Source: a virus (lineage: Duplodnaviria > Caudoviricetes). Taken from it: 64,000 nt of DNA. A program made the position numbers and the translations under genes. The DNA lies in IMG/VR virus record IMGVR_UViG_3300004481_002026, positions 2,870-66,869 of that record. The stretch is one strand, 5' to 3'. The notes below the pieces were generated by a model that was not told where the DNA came from, did no database searches, and saw only the letters and a list, made by a program, of their open reading frames with translations. Below, piece by piece: positions 26,150-35,429 of the stretch. How positions within the stretch are numbered: position 1 is the first letter of the stretch; each line of letters starts with the position of its first letter.

Positions 26150-26810
26150 GACTTGCAGTCGATGCAAAGAATCCAAGAAATTAGAAGAATTCTATAAAAA
26201 GGAACGGGAATTTCTTGGAGTTAGGAACATGTGCAAGGAGTGCTGCAAAGAGGACCACAAGAAGTGGCGCGAGAAAAACCCTGGAAAAGATGCCGAAGCG
26301 ATAAAGAAAAGGCGCAAGGAAAATCCAGCGCAAGAGCGGGGATACCGAGAGAAGTACAGGGTAAACAACGCTGAGAAAGAACGATTGAGGGCGGAAAAAT
26401 ATAGGATTGAGAACAGGGAAAAATACAGGGAATCTGGTAAAAAATCTCAGGCGCGTATTAGGTCAACAGTTAAGGGTAAGCTTACAGACAATTTCCGCAG
26501 GTCCATGAGGCGGATGATTTTATCGAAAAATGGACAATCAACGTTTTCTTTGGTTGGTTATACCGTTGACGATCTTCGCTCACACCTTGAGAGCCTATTC
26601 ACCGATGGAATGACTTGGGATAACTACGGCTTATACGGCTGGCACATAGACCACAAAATCCCGCTTGTTGCCTTTAACTACGAAAAGCCAACCGATACAG
26701 ACTTCAAGAAGGCTTGGTGTCTATCCAACCTCCAGCCATTATGGGCCTTCGACAACCTAACCAAGGGTGATCGTTTATCGGTGCCATTCCAGCCTTCATT
26801 CGCGCTATAG
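26130..26810 (+). CDS. HNH homing endonuclease-like protein
   Basis: KTCSRCKE...CKEC Zn finger, KR-rich linker, WHIDHKIPL...NLQPLWAFDNLTKG; AT-richer than flanks. Confidence 0.88.
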   Translation: MELPTHKTCSRCKESKKLEEFYKKEREFLGVRNMCKECCKEDHKKWREKNPGKDAEAIKKRRKENPAQERGYREKYRVNNAEKERLRAEKYRIENREKYRESGKKSQARIRSTVKGKLTDNFRRSMRRMILSKNGQSTFSLVGYTVDDLRSHLESLFTDGMTWDNYGLYGWHIDHKIPLVAFNYEKPTDTDFKKAWCLSNLQPLWAFDNLTKGDRLSVPFQPSFAL

Positions 26811-26834
26811 GCCAACAGAGCAGCATAGCAGACC

Positions 26835-26865
26835 TTGACAATTTTGTAAATATAAACTACTGTGA
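26835..26865 (+). promoter_or_regulatory. Promoter/operator cassette copy 5
   Basis: ttgacaattttgtaaatataaactactgtga. Confidence 0.8.
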
Positions 26866-26898
26866 AACACAACCACCACACCACATGAGGAGGCCACC

Positions 26899-27798
26899 TT
26901 GTCCAGACACGCATCGCTTGCCGACCAGCTTAAGGGCGTCTTGGCCTACCGCAATCGGCCGGAGACCGAAGAACCGCTCCAGCCCATGCAGACGAATTGG
27001 CGCACTACAGCAGCAAACGATAACGCCCCTGAAGACCTGATCGAGTTGGCGCAGGACCGCAAGCGAATCGTGACTCCGTCTATCGCTGAGATCATGCGGC
27101 AGGTCGAGGATGGGCCGGTTGTCACCAACGACGAAGGCCAGATCATCGCCATAGGCCAACTGCAGTTCAGTGACGGCACGCAGACAGAGAAAGCCTATCG
27201 CCGCACCATAGACGGCAAACTTGAGCGCTATCAGGCCCGCATGCCGACGGGCGCAATGCTCAATTCAAGGGACACGTCTGACGTTGCCTTGGGTAGTGGC
27301 GCAACCAACCATGGTGGCAGCAATTCATTCTTTCGGGATGTGTTCAAGACCGAGCCGCATAAATACGTTACCAGCGGCAAGAAGCGCAAAGGCCGGAACT
27401 TCACCAATGACGAGGCGCAGGCCATCCTGGATGAGGCGATCGCCAACACGCCTGTCATGCCAGCCGTAAAGCGCTACCCTGACGGTCTGCCATACGGCAC
27501 GGCACGCGTTGCTGATAACTTCATCGGCATGAAGAAGACCACGAAGGCAGGTGGCGGAACGATCGCCTGGCAGGATTTATCGACGCTGATGTCGGAGCGT
27601 GAATTGTGGGCCAGCGTCATGGCTGAACTCGAAACGGCGGATGTGGAGGTTCTTAACACGGCCACCAATGCTAACACGATGACTGATATCGGCGTTTCCA
27701 TGGGCTACGGCGGCAAGAGGGCGGAACGGCGAGGAAAGCGAGCGTTGCTGGCAGCAAATGACAATCTGATGCAGGCAATAAGGCGTTATGCGTCATAA
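26899..27798 (+). CDS. Hypothetical protein, possible late-gene regulator (two AANDN motifs)
   Basis: GAGGAGG SD with TTG start; last gene before the ncRNA/tRNA/packaging region; C-terminal HTH-like TMTDIGVSMGY. Confidence 0.75.
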   Translation: MSRHASLADQLKGVLAYRNRPETEEPLQPMQTNWRTTAANDNAPEDLIELAQDRKRIVTPSIAEIMRQVEDGPVVTNDEGQIIAIGQLQFSDGTQTEKAYRRTIDGKLERYQARMPTGAMLNSRDTSDVALGSGATNHGGSNSFFRDVFKTEPHKYVTSGKKRKGRNFTNDEAQAILDEAIANTPVMPAVKRYPDGLPYGTARVADNFIGMKKTTKAGGGTIAWQDLSTLMSERELWASVMAELETADVEVLNTATNANTMTDIGVSMGYGGKRAERRGKRALLAANDNLMQAIRRYAS

Positions 27799-27818
27799 CC
27801 GTCCCTTTTTGCGAAGTT

Positions 27819-28521
27819 GGAGAGAGTACTATGAAGGGGTGGTGCATAGCGCATTTCCCCACTCTCTTCCGTGCGCTTATGCGACGGACCCATCGCCATG
27901 CTGCATTTAGTGCAGTCTCTGAGCTTTGGGTAACTCTTGGCAATGGCGATGGATTTCTAGTTACCCAGGCTTGCCGAACTAACAACGAAGATGCCGCGAC
28001 CCAGTGATGGTGTTCGTCTTGGCTGCGAGTGGGATTAACGAGCCCTAGCGCAGCAACCCCGCATAGTGGTGCTCGTTCCACGACGCCATCTTCGTTTACT
28101 TATTCTAGGTCCACTGGCGCGGCGCGATTGATCATCGCTTCGGGTTCGATCCCTGATTGGTTTGGTGGTGTCGAGAGCCACGCCTAGATACCTCGTAAGC
28201 CGTGGCCTTGCCTCTGCGCCTAGTATGCGCCCACGGTGCTGGATAGGACGTAATGCTTCTGCTTGCAGGGCTAGCGTCTGGCCGCTTCGGCGGCTGCGAA
28301 CACAGCGAGGCAGCGCGTTGTACCCGCTGCATAGGCCCACAGAAGCCGTTCCTTGCTGTTACCAAGTCGGCTAGGCCCGCAAGGGCTGACGCAGGAGCCC
28401 TGACAGACGGCGAGATAGTCTGTCGCCTATTCCCCCATCGCTGCCTGCTCCGTCTCCTCGGTGCGCAGCGGTCCTGCGGCCTGCTCTCCTTGATCTTCAC
28501 TGATCGGATTGAGCGGGCCGC
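27819..28521 (+). ncRNA. Large structured non-coding RNA candidate (GOLLD/ROOL-like context)
   Basis: Many nested helices, two apparent pseudoknots, UUCG and GNRA tetraloops and a T-arm mimic; no credible ORF; abuts the tRNA cluster. Confidence 0.6.
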
Positions 28522-28532
28522 GTTTGTATTTC

Positions 28533-28609
28533 TGCGCGGTAGAGAAGCACGGTATCTCGCCAGCCTCATAAGCTGGAGAACGGCGGTTCAAATCCGTCCT
28601 GCGCAACCA
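28533..28609 (+). tRNA. tRNA-Met (CAT), initiator-like D-arm
   Basis: Acceptor TGCGCGG/CTGCGCA, anticodon arm CCAGC-CTCATAA-GCTGG, T-loop TTCAAAT, encoded CCA. Confidence 0.9.
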
Positions 28610-28615
28610 ACTAAC

Positions 28616-28688
28616 GGGCCACGCTCAGGGTAAGCATGCGATCCTTGCAAGATTGCTGAGTTCGGTTCGAGTCCGAAGCGGTCCACCA
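28616..28688 (+). tRNA. tRNA-Ala (TGC), atypical short D region
   Basis: G3:U70 pair, A73, loop CTTGCAA, T-loop TTCGAGT, CCA; one A:C mismatch in the acceptor stem. Confidence 0.7.
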
Positions 28689-28706
28689 TATACGCCTACC
28701 ATATAC

Positions 28707-28782
28707 GCCGACATAGCTCAGCAGGCAGAGCGCCTCATTTGTAACGAGGATGTCGCTGGTTCAATTCCGGCTGTCGGCTCCA
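28707..28782 (+). tRNA. tRNA-Thr (TGT)
   Basis: GCCGACA/TGTCGGC acceptor, loop TTTGTAA, CCA end. Confidence 0.93.
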
Positions 28783-28789
28783 TCATCAT

Positions 28790-28867
28790 CTATGTGTAGC
28801 TCAGCCTGGTCAGAGTACTGCACTTGGACTGCGGGAGCCGCTGGTTCGAATCCAGCCACGTAGACCA
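28790..28867 (+). tRNA. tRNA-Pro (TGG), with A37
   Basis: C1:G72, stem CTGCA/TGCGG, loop CTTGGAC, T-loop TTCGAAT, CCA. Confidence 0.88.
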
Positions 28868-28872
28868 TATCA

Positions 28873-28947
28873 GCACGTCTAGCCTAGTGGTAAGGCAACG
28901 GTCTCCAAAACTGTCAAGGATGGTTCGATTCCATCGGCGTCGCGCCA
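28873..28947 (+). tRNA. tRNA-Trp (CCA), bulged acceptor stem
   Basis: ACGGT-CTCCAAA-ACTGT anticodon arm, T-loop TTCGATT, G73-CCA; 8-nt 3' acceptor strand. Confidence 0.85.
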
Positions 28948-28960
28948 GTTCGAGGTTGGC

Positions 28961-29245
28961 ATGCACCCATCGCGCCCATGGCTCAAGCTATACAAGACAG
29001 CACGATGGCGTGCTCTTCGTGAGCGCCAGTTGGGCGAGCATCCGCTATGCGAATGGTGTCTTGAGCGAGAAGAGATCACAGAGGCCAATGAGGTGCACCA
29101 TGTGCATCAGCACCAAGGCGACCTTGACCTGTTCTGGGGTGGGCCATTCATCTCAACCTGCAAGCCTTGCCACTCATCGAGAGGGCAGCGCGAGGACGCG
29201 GGGCAGACGGTGGTGGTCTATGGCGCCGATGGGTGGCCGATTTGA
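28961..29245 (+). CDS. Terminase-associated HNH endonuclease
   Basis: PLCEWC...VHHV...CKPCHS; immediately upstream of terS. Confidence 0.9.
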   Translation: MHPSRPWLKLYKTARWRALRERQLGEHPLCEWCLEREEITEANEVHHVHQHQGDLDLFWGGPFISTCKPCHSSRGQREDAGQTVVVYGADGWPI

Positions 29246-29460
29246 TGATAAAATACTTCAATAAATCGACATAATATCATATTTTTATTGGATTTTGTTG
29301 TTGACAGGTCGATATGGACGTGATATGATGGAAGGTTTGCCGATGGGGGTGCCTCGAAAGTCGACGATCGGTCGGCACCGGGAAACGGCGTTGGGCAAAC
29401 GCACGCAACGCCGCGATTGAGATGTTGACCCTTACCGCATGATAATTCCTAATTTTGAAA
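29246..29460 (+). promoter_or_regulatory. Putative cos/packaging region with sigma70-type promoter TTGACA-N17-TATGAT (29301-29329)
   Basis: AT-rich block, then a G-run/GC-rich stretch (GGGGGTGCCTCGAAAGT) between HNH and terS. The cos assignment is positional only. Confidence 0.5.
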
Positions 29461-29473
29461 GTTGAGGATGCGC

Positions 29474-29863
29474 ATGGCCAGACCAAGAACGCCGAAGGCA
29501 AAAGCCGCGGCAACTGGCCGGGATAAGCGAGATCCGGCCCGTTTTGAGCCCCGCAACGAACCCATCGTTCCAGATGGCGTTGGCGATCCCCACTCGTGGC
29601 TTAAAGAGCATGCGCAGCTTGCCTGGCGCGAAATCGCCGCGGAAATCCCGTGGCTGAATCATTCACATCGAGGCCACTTGGCAATCGCGGCACAGATCCG
29701 CGGACGCATGATGGCCGGCGAAGACTGCGGAGTGCAAGCGCTCAACCTGCTTCGCCAGTGCTACGGCCAGATGGGCGCGACGCCGGCCGACGCAAGCAAG
29801 GCCGGAGCGCAGCCAGATGGCGAGACAGAAGATCCAGCCGAAAAGTACTTTCGCGGCCGGTAA
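29474..29863 (+). CDS. terS: Terminase small subunit
   Basis: MARPRTP start, C-terminal QMGATPADASK; position before terL. Confidence 0.8.
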   Translation: MARPRTPKAKAAATGRDKRDPARFEPRNEPIVPDGVGDPHSWLKEHAQLAWREIAAEIPWLNHSHRGHLAIAAQIRGRMMAGEDCGVQALNLLRQCYGQMGATPADASKAGAQPDGETEDPAEKYFRGR

Positions 29864-31805
29864 GCTTGCCGCAGCCCCAAAGGGCGACATCATTGACCCG
29901 AAATACCCGACTGGGCCTGTTGACGAGTACGCAGAAGCTGTAATCAGCGGCGCGATCGTGGCTGGTCCGCATGTTCGCAATGCTTGCCGCAGGCACCGTG
30001 ATGACCGAAAACATGGCGGCAAGCGCGGCCTTCGGTTCAATCTCAGTGCAGCGCTCGACAAGATCGGGTTCTTTGAGGACGTATTGAAGCTGAACGGCGG
30101 CCAGTTCGAGGGGCGACCGTTCATTCTGCATATTTCGCAGAAGTTCAAGGTTGGCTCGCTGTTCGGCTGGGAGAAGGTCACGCCGGAAGGCGACTGGCTC
30201 CGAAGGTTCCGCCGGTATTACGGCGAAGAAGGAAAAGGGAACGGCAAGTCTCCTTTTGCAGGTGGCATAGGCCTAATCGGCATGATGTACGACAGCGAGG
30301 AGCGCGCCGAGATTTATGCGGCAGGCAAGGACAAGGCTCAGGCCATGGTCCTGTTTCGCGATGCTGTCGCGATGGTCGATCAATCGCCGGCTCTTGCCAG
30401 GAGAATTACTAAATCAGGCGGCAATCCCGTCTGGAATTTGGCTGACCTGAAGACTGGTTCGTTTTTCCGTCCGATCTCGCGCGAAGGGGCCAGTTCTGGC
30501 CCGCGTCCATACATTGCACTTTGCGACGAGTTGCACGAGCATCCGAACGGCGACGTCATTGAGATGCTTGAGCGCGGCTTCAAGTTCCGTCGCTCGCCGC
30601 TGTTGTTGATGATTACGAACTCCGGTTCTGACCGCAACAGCATCTGCTGGGCGGAGCATCAGCATGCTATCAAGGTAGCGGCCGGCACGCAAACACCTGA
30701 CGACGACTTCACCTATGTCGGTGAGACGTGGGAGGGTAGCGACGACACGTTCTCATACGTTTGTGCCCTCGACAAGGACGACGACCCGCTAACGGACCCG
30801 ACTTGCTGGATTAAGGCAAATCCGCTCCTCGGCGTCATCCTGAAGTACGAATACCTTGAGGGCGTAGTTGCGCAGGCGAAGGACATCCCTTCGAAGCGTA
30901 ACGGCATCTTGCGGCTTCACTTTTGCGTCTGGACCGAATCCGACACAAGCTGGATACCGCGGCCCATCCTTGAAAAAGTGATGTTCGATTTCGATCCGTA
31001 CGTCGAGCACAAAGGCAAGCAGATCACGACCGCAGGGCTCGACTTGTCCGGCGCGAAGGATTTGACCGCCGCCACTTTCTGCATTGAGACTGGCACGAAG
31101 CGGGTTGTCCGAGCTGACGGCAGTGAGGCTGATCTTCCGACTTACGACTTGTGGCTCGAGGCTTTTACGCCGCGCGACACGATGGATGAGCGATCGAAGG
31201 TTGACCATGTTCCGTATCGACTTTGGAATGAGACGTTTCACAAGGATGCAGCCGGCAATCCTACCAAGCAGCCATACATAAATGCTCCAGAGGGCAAGAG
31301 GGTGCGCTACGACCATGTCGCGGCATTGTTCTCTCGCATCAATACTGAGCACGGCATCGGTCTGCTTGCCTTCGATAAATACGCCTTCGACAAGTTCGAA
31401 GAGGAGTTGGACTCCTATGGCGTGGATATCCCATCAGTAAGCCACCCGCAGGGCGGCAAGAGACGCGCTAAGCCCAGCGAAGAGAAGGTTGAGGCAGCCA
31501 AGGCTGCCGGCCTTCCTGCTCCACTAGGGCTCTGGATGCCAGGATCTGTCTCGGCTCTTGAAACCCTCATCCTTGAGGAGCGCATCAGGCTTCGCCGGTC
31601 TCCGGTTTTGCTTGGCGCTCTAATGGGTGTGGCAATTGAGACAGATCCGCTGATGGGCAATCAATGGTTCTCAAAAAAGAAGTCGACGGTTCGAATTGAC
31701 CCTGCTGTGGCTGCGGCAATGGCTGTTGGCGCCGCAACTGATGGCGCTACGGCTGCCGGTCCCGACATCGGCGACTTTATCGACAATATGGTGATGGTGA
31801 TTTGA
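29817..31805 (+). CDS. terL: Terminase large subunit
   Basis: Walker A GKGNGKS, CDELHEH, LHFCVW, GLDLS, RIDPAVA. Confidence 0.95.
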   Translation: MARQKIQPKSTFAAGKLAAAPKGDIIDPKYPTGPVDEYAEAVISGAIVAGPHVRNACRRHRDDRKHGGKRGLRFNLSAALDKIGFFEDVLKLNGGQFEGRPFILHISQKFKVGSLFGWEKVTPEGDWLRRFRRYYGEEGKGNGKSPFAGGIGLIGMMYDSEERAEIYAAGKDKAQAMVLFRDAVAMVDQSPALARRITKSGGNPVWNLADLKTGSFFRPISREGASSGPRPYIALCDELHEHPNGDVIEMLERGFKFRRSPLLLMITNSGSDRNSICWAEHQHAIKVAAGTQTPDDDFTYVGETWEGSDDTFSYVCALDKDDDPLTDPTCWIKANPLLGVILKYEYLEGVVAQAKDIPSKRNGILRLHFCVWTESDTSWIPRPILEKVMFDFDPYVEHKGKQITTAGLDLSGAKDLTAATFCIETGTKRVVRADGSEADLPTYDLWLEAFTPRDTMDERSKVDHVPYRLWNETFHKDAAGNPTKQPYINAPEGKRVRYDHVAALFSRINTEHGIGLLAFDKYAFDKFEEELDSYGVDIPSVSHPQGGKRRAKPSEEKVEAAKAAGLPAPLGLWMPGSVSALETLILEERIRLRRSPVLLGALMGVAIETDPLMGNQWFSKKKSTVRIDPAVAAAMAVGAATDGATAAGPDIGDFIDNMVMVI

Positions 31806-33034
31806 TGGGTTCGTTTTTTGACCGGTGGCGCGGAACGCCCATCAAATTGACCGACGGTGCGTTTTGGCGTGGATTTTTCGGCCTCGGAACTACCTCTGGC
31901 GAGGTTGTGACGATGGAAACTGCGCTGCAGCTTGATGCTGTATGGGCGTGCGTCAACCTAATCCGGAACGCTATCGTCATGCTGCCTTGCCTTGTTTACA
32001 AGGATGACGGCGTGACGGTCGATAAATCGTCGGATTTGTACCAACTTCTGCATGATATGCCGAATTTGGACGACACAGCTTCCGATTTCTGGGCCATGGT
32101 CGCTCTCTGCCTGTGCCTAGACGGCAATTTCTTCGCCGAGAAAAAGTACAACGGTACGAAGTTGATTGCGCTGAACCCATTGGCGCCGCTGGACGTGAAC
32201 GTCTGCCGTGACAAGAGCAACAATCGCTTCTACGAGGTGACTGAATCGGGGAAAGTCCGGAAAATCCCGGAAAACAAGATGTTCCACGTTCGTGGAGCTG
32301 TCCTGCCTGGCTGTGACCGCGGCATGTCGCCGATCGGAGTTTGCCGCAACACGGTCGGAAATGCGCTGGCCGGTGAGCGCGTGGCTGGCAAGATGTTTGC
32401 CAACGGCTTTCAGGTTGCGGGCATCCTTTCTTCTGACCAGATACTGAAGCCTGAGCAGCGCAAGCAGCTCGGCGAGACGCTTCAGCAGTTCGCTGGCTCC
32501 GATCGCGCCGGCAAAGTCGCGGTTCTTGAAGCGGGCCTGAAATATCAGCAGCTGACGATCGATCCAAAAGACGCGCAGATGCTCGAGACGCGCCAATACA
32601 GCGTTGAGCAGATTTGCCGCATTTTTGGCGTTCCTCCGGTGATGATTGGCCACGCTTCAAACGGCACGACCACTTGGGGATCTGGAATCGAGCAGTTGAT
32701 TCTGCAGTTCATCAAGACGTGCATTGGCCCGATGGTCAAAAGCATCGAGTCTGCCGTCTATCGCGACCTTCTCGACAGCAAAACCCGGAAAACCACATCG
32801 GTAAAGTTTGGCCTCGAAGGATTACTTAGAGGTGATAGCGGCGCCCGCGCCGACTTTGTCTCCAAGATGATCCAGTCCGGCGTTTACACGGTCAACGAGG
32901 GTCGAGCCTACGAAAACAAGGCTCCAGTGACGGGCGGCGAGAAGTCAATCGTCAACAGCACAATGACCCCGCTCGAAAAGCTTGGCGAAGAGCCAGTAAC
33001 GGCCCCTGCCGCGCCACTGAAGGCCGCTGCTTAA
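31805..33034 (+). CDS. HK97-family portal protein
   Basis: VWACVNLI, GMSPI, AGKVAVLEAG, ICRIFGVPP, TVNEGR. Confidence 0.95.
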   Translation: MGSFFDRWRGTPIKLTDGAFWRGFFGLGTTSGEVVTMETALQLDAVWACVNLIRNAIVMLPCLVYKDDGVTVDKSSDLYQLLHDMPNLDDTASDFWAMVALCLCLDGNFFAEKKYNGTKLIALNPLAPLDVNVCRDKSNNRFYEVTESGKVRKIPENKMFHVRGAVLPGCDRGMSPIGVCRNTVGNALAGERVAGKMFANGFQVAGILSSDQILKPEQRKQLGETLQQFAGSDRAGKVAVLEAGLKYQQLTIDPKDAQMLETRQYSVEQICRIFGVPPVMIGHASNGTTTWGSGIEQLILQFIKTCIGPMVKSIESAVYRDLLDSKTRKTTSVKFGLEGLLRGDSGARADFVSKMIQSGVYTVNEGRAYENKAPVTGGEKSIVNSTMTPLEKLGEEPVTAPAAPLKAAA

Positions 33035-33043
33035 GGAAACCAC

Positions 33044-34159
33044 ATGAAATACGCACACATTCTCTCGGCTTTCGCGGCCGAGCCGTGGGCCATGCAGCCG
33101 GAAAAGCTGGGTGCGCTGACGCGGTTTCTTGCCTTTAAGGCCGCCGGCGGAGTTTATAGCGCTGAAGAGGTTGCCGCGGTGATTGATCGGGCAAAATCCG
33201 AGGAAATCGCCCGAAAAGAAGGTGCTGTCGGGGTTATCCCCGTTTACGGCGTCCTTTCGCAGCGGATGGGCATGATGTCCGAAATGAGCGGCGGCACGTC
33301 TTACCAGACGCTGGCCCGCTCGCTTCATCAGGCCATTGCCGACCCGGAAATCAAGGCGATCGTGCTTGATATCGACAGCCCCGGCGGCTCGGTTCCGGGC
33401 ACGGAGGAGCTTGGCGCGGAAATCAGGCGGCTGCGAGGCGGTGACAAGCCGATTATCGCGCAGGTCAATAGCCTGGCGGCAAGCGCGGCCTACTGGATCG
33501 CCGCGTCGGCCGACGAGATCGTCGTGACGCCATCCGGTAGAGCCGGCTCCATCGGCGTGTACACTGTCCACGACGACGTTTCCAAGGCCTTGGCTGAAGA
33601 AGGCGTCACGCGCACTTACATTTCGTCCACGCCTGAAAAGGTCGAGGGCAACGAGGCCGAGCCGCTGTCGAAAGATGCACAGGCCTTCATTCAGGAGCGT
33701 GTAAATCGGTCATACGACCGGTTTGTCGCTGCTGTGGCTGACGGTCGGGGTGTTTCCAAATCGAAGGTTCTCGACGGATTCGGTAAGGGCCGCGTGTTCT
33801 TCGCCGAAGAGTTGCTTGACCGCGGCATGGCCGACAGCATCGCGACACTGGACGAGACGCTGGCCCGATTTGGAGCGTCCACCGCTCCGGAGCCGGTGCG
33901 TCGTCTGCGTGCTTCCAATTCCTCCCGCGCTGAGGCCGCCAATGAACTGGCTGCCAAGATGCGGACGGGAGAACCCATCACCAAACGTGAGTTTGAAAAC
34001 GGCCTCAAGGGACTTGTTGGCCTTTCGAACTCAGAGGCAGAGCGGGCCGCTCGGCTCTACCTCAAGACTGATCAGGGGGCTCCTGACGAGACGGATGCTG
34101 CTGCTTTGGCAGCCATAGAACGGCTTTTGGCCGAAGCAAACACACCCATCAAAATCTAA
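33044..34159 (+). CDS. Prohead protease, S49 family
   Basis: LDIDSPGG, AASAAYWIA, GSIGVY. Confidence 0.92.
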   Translation: MKYAHILSAFAAEPWAMQPEKLGALTRFLAFKAAGGVYSAEEVAAVIDRAKSEEIARKEGAVGVIPVYGVLSQRMGMMSEMSGGTSYQTLARSLHQAIADPEIKAIVLDIDSPGGSVPGTEELGAEIRRLRGGDKPIIAQVNSLAASAAYWIAASADEIVVTPSGRAGSIGVYTVHDDVSKALAEEGVTRTYISSTPEKVEGNEAEPLSKDAQAFIQERVNRSYDRFVAAVADGRGVSKSKVLDGFGKGRVFFAEELLDRGMADSIATLDETLARFGASTAPEPVRRLRASNSSRAEAANELAAKMRTGEPITKREFENGLKGLVGLSNSEAERAARLYLKTDQGAPDETDAAALAAIERLLAEANTPIKI

Positions 34160-34171
34160 AGGAGTCACCTC

Positions 34172-35380
34172 ATGGTTGACAACGTACTTGCCGACAAGAT
34201 CGGCGAGCTTGGTACTTCGCTTGCGTCCATCAAGGAGCAGGTCCAGAATCTGGGCTCTGACCTGACCGCAAAGGTCAAGGCTGGCGGCGAAGCATCGGCT
34301 GAACTGAAGACCGCGACCGATAAGGCGCTTTCCGAACTTGGCGACGTTACCACGCGCCTGAGCGATCTGGAAAAGCGCGCCGCTCGTGAAAAAGAAGCCG
34401 CAGAAGATGGCTTCAAGTCGATCGGCGACATGGTCATCGAGTCCGCAGCCTACAAGGCTGGCAACCTGACCGGCGCATCGCGCGCTGCGATCAAGGTTTC
34501 CATGGATCGCGCCGCGATCACCTCGGCCAACACCACTGTCGGCGCAGGCCGCTCGGTTGGCACGTCTCTGATCCCCGGCCAGCGCGTCGCAGGCATCTTC
34601 GGCCTTCCGGAGCGCCAGCTTACCATCCGCGACCTCCTGCTTCCTGGCCAGACGTCGTCCAACAGCGTCGAATACGTCAAGGAAACCGGCTACACGAACT
34701 CGGCCGCTCCGGTTGCTGAAACGACTGCCAAGCCGTACTCGGATCTGACGTTCGATATGGCTACTGCGCCGGTTCGCACGCTGGCCCACCTGTTCAAGGC
34801 ATCGCGCCAGATTCTCGACGACGCTCCGGCGCTGAAGAGCTACATCGACGCGCGCGCTCGCTATGGTCTGAAGTTCGTCGAAGAGAACCAGCTTCTCAAC
34901 GGCTCCGGCTCTGGCCAGAACATCCTCGGCCTCGTGCCGCAGGCCACAGCATTCGCCCCGGCCTTCACGCCTGCCGATGCAACCGCCATCGACCGCCTCC
35001 GCCTTGCCGTTCTCCAGGTCATCCTGGCTGAATACCCGGCAACCGCGTTTGTTCTGAACCCGATCGACTGGGCCAAGATCGAGCTGACCAAGGACGCCGG
35101 CGGCAACTACATCATCGGTAATCCGCAGGGTGCGCTTTCGCCAACCCTCTGGAACCTTCCGGTTGTTTCGACGCAGGCAATGGCGGCAGGCGACTTCCTG
35201 ACCGGCGCCTTCTCCTACGCGGCTCAGATTTTCGACCGCATGGAAATCGAAGTTCTGCTTTCGAGCGAGAACGTCGACGACTTCGAGAAGAACATGTTCA
35301 CGATCCGCGCCGAAGAGCGTCTGGGTCTGGCCGTGTATCGTCCGGAAGCCTTCGTGACAGGCGACGTCAATCCTGCCTAA
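34172..35380 (+). CDS. HK97-fold major capsid protein
   Basis: N-terminal coiled-coil scaffold; AETTAKP, ASRQILDD, FEKNMFTIRAEER. Confidence 0.95.
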   Translation: MVDNVLADKIGELGTSLASIKEQVQNLGSDLTAKVKAGGEASAELKTATDKALSELGDVTTRLSDLEKRAAREKEAAEDGFKSIGDMVIESAAYKAGNLTGASRAAIKVSMDRAAITSANTTVGAGRSVGTSLIPGQRVAGIFGLPERQLTIRDLLLPGQTSSNSVEYVKETGYTNSAAPVAETTAKPYSDLTFDMATAPVRTLAHLFKASRQILDDAPALKSYIDARARYGLKFVEENQLLNGSGSGQNILGLVPQATAFAPAFTPADATAIDRLRLAVLQVILAEYPATAFVLNPIDWAKIELTKDAGGNYIIGNPQGALSPTLWNLPVVSTQAMAAGDFLTGAFSYAAQIFDRMEIEVLLSSENVDDFEKNMFTIRAEERLGLAVYRPEAFVTGDVNPA

Positions 35381-35386
35381 TTGATC

Positions 35387-35410
35387 GGGGCGCTTCGGCG
35401 CCCCTTTCTT
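35387..35410 (+). terminator. Rho-independent terminator after the capsid gene
   Basis: GGGGCGC-TTCG-GCGCCCC followed by TTTCTT. Confidence 0.75.
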
Positions 35411-35429
35411 CCCACCGATGGAGGATTGC

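Noticed and set aside
27819-28521. Group I or II intron, tmRNA or RNase P RNA; also ORFs 28035-28633
   Set aside because: No interrupted gene, and no recognisable P7/S, domain V or GGAAAGUCC motifs by eye; the ORFs lack SDs and protein-like composition.
28616-28688. tRNA-Cys (GCA)
   Set aside because: Stem register places TGC at 34-36, and G3:U70 with A73 are alanine identity elements.
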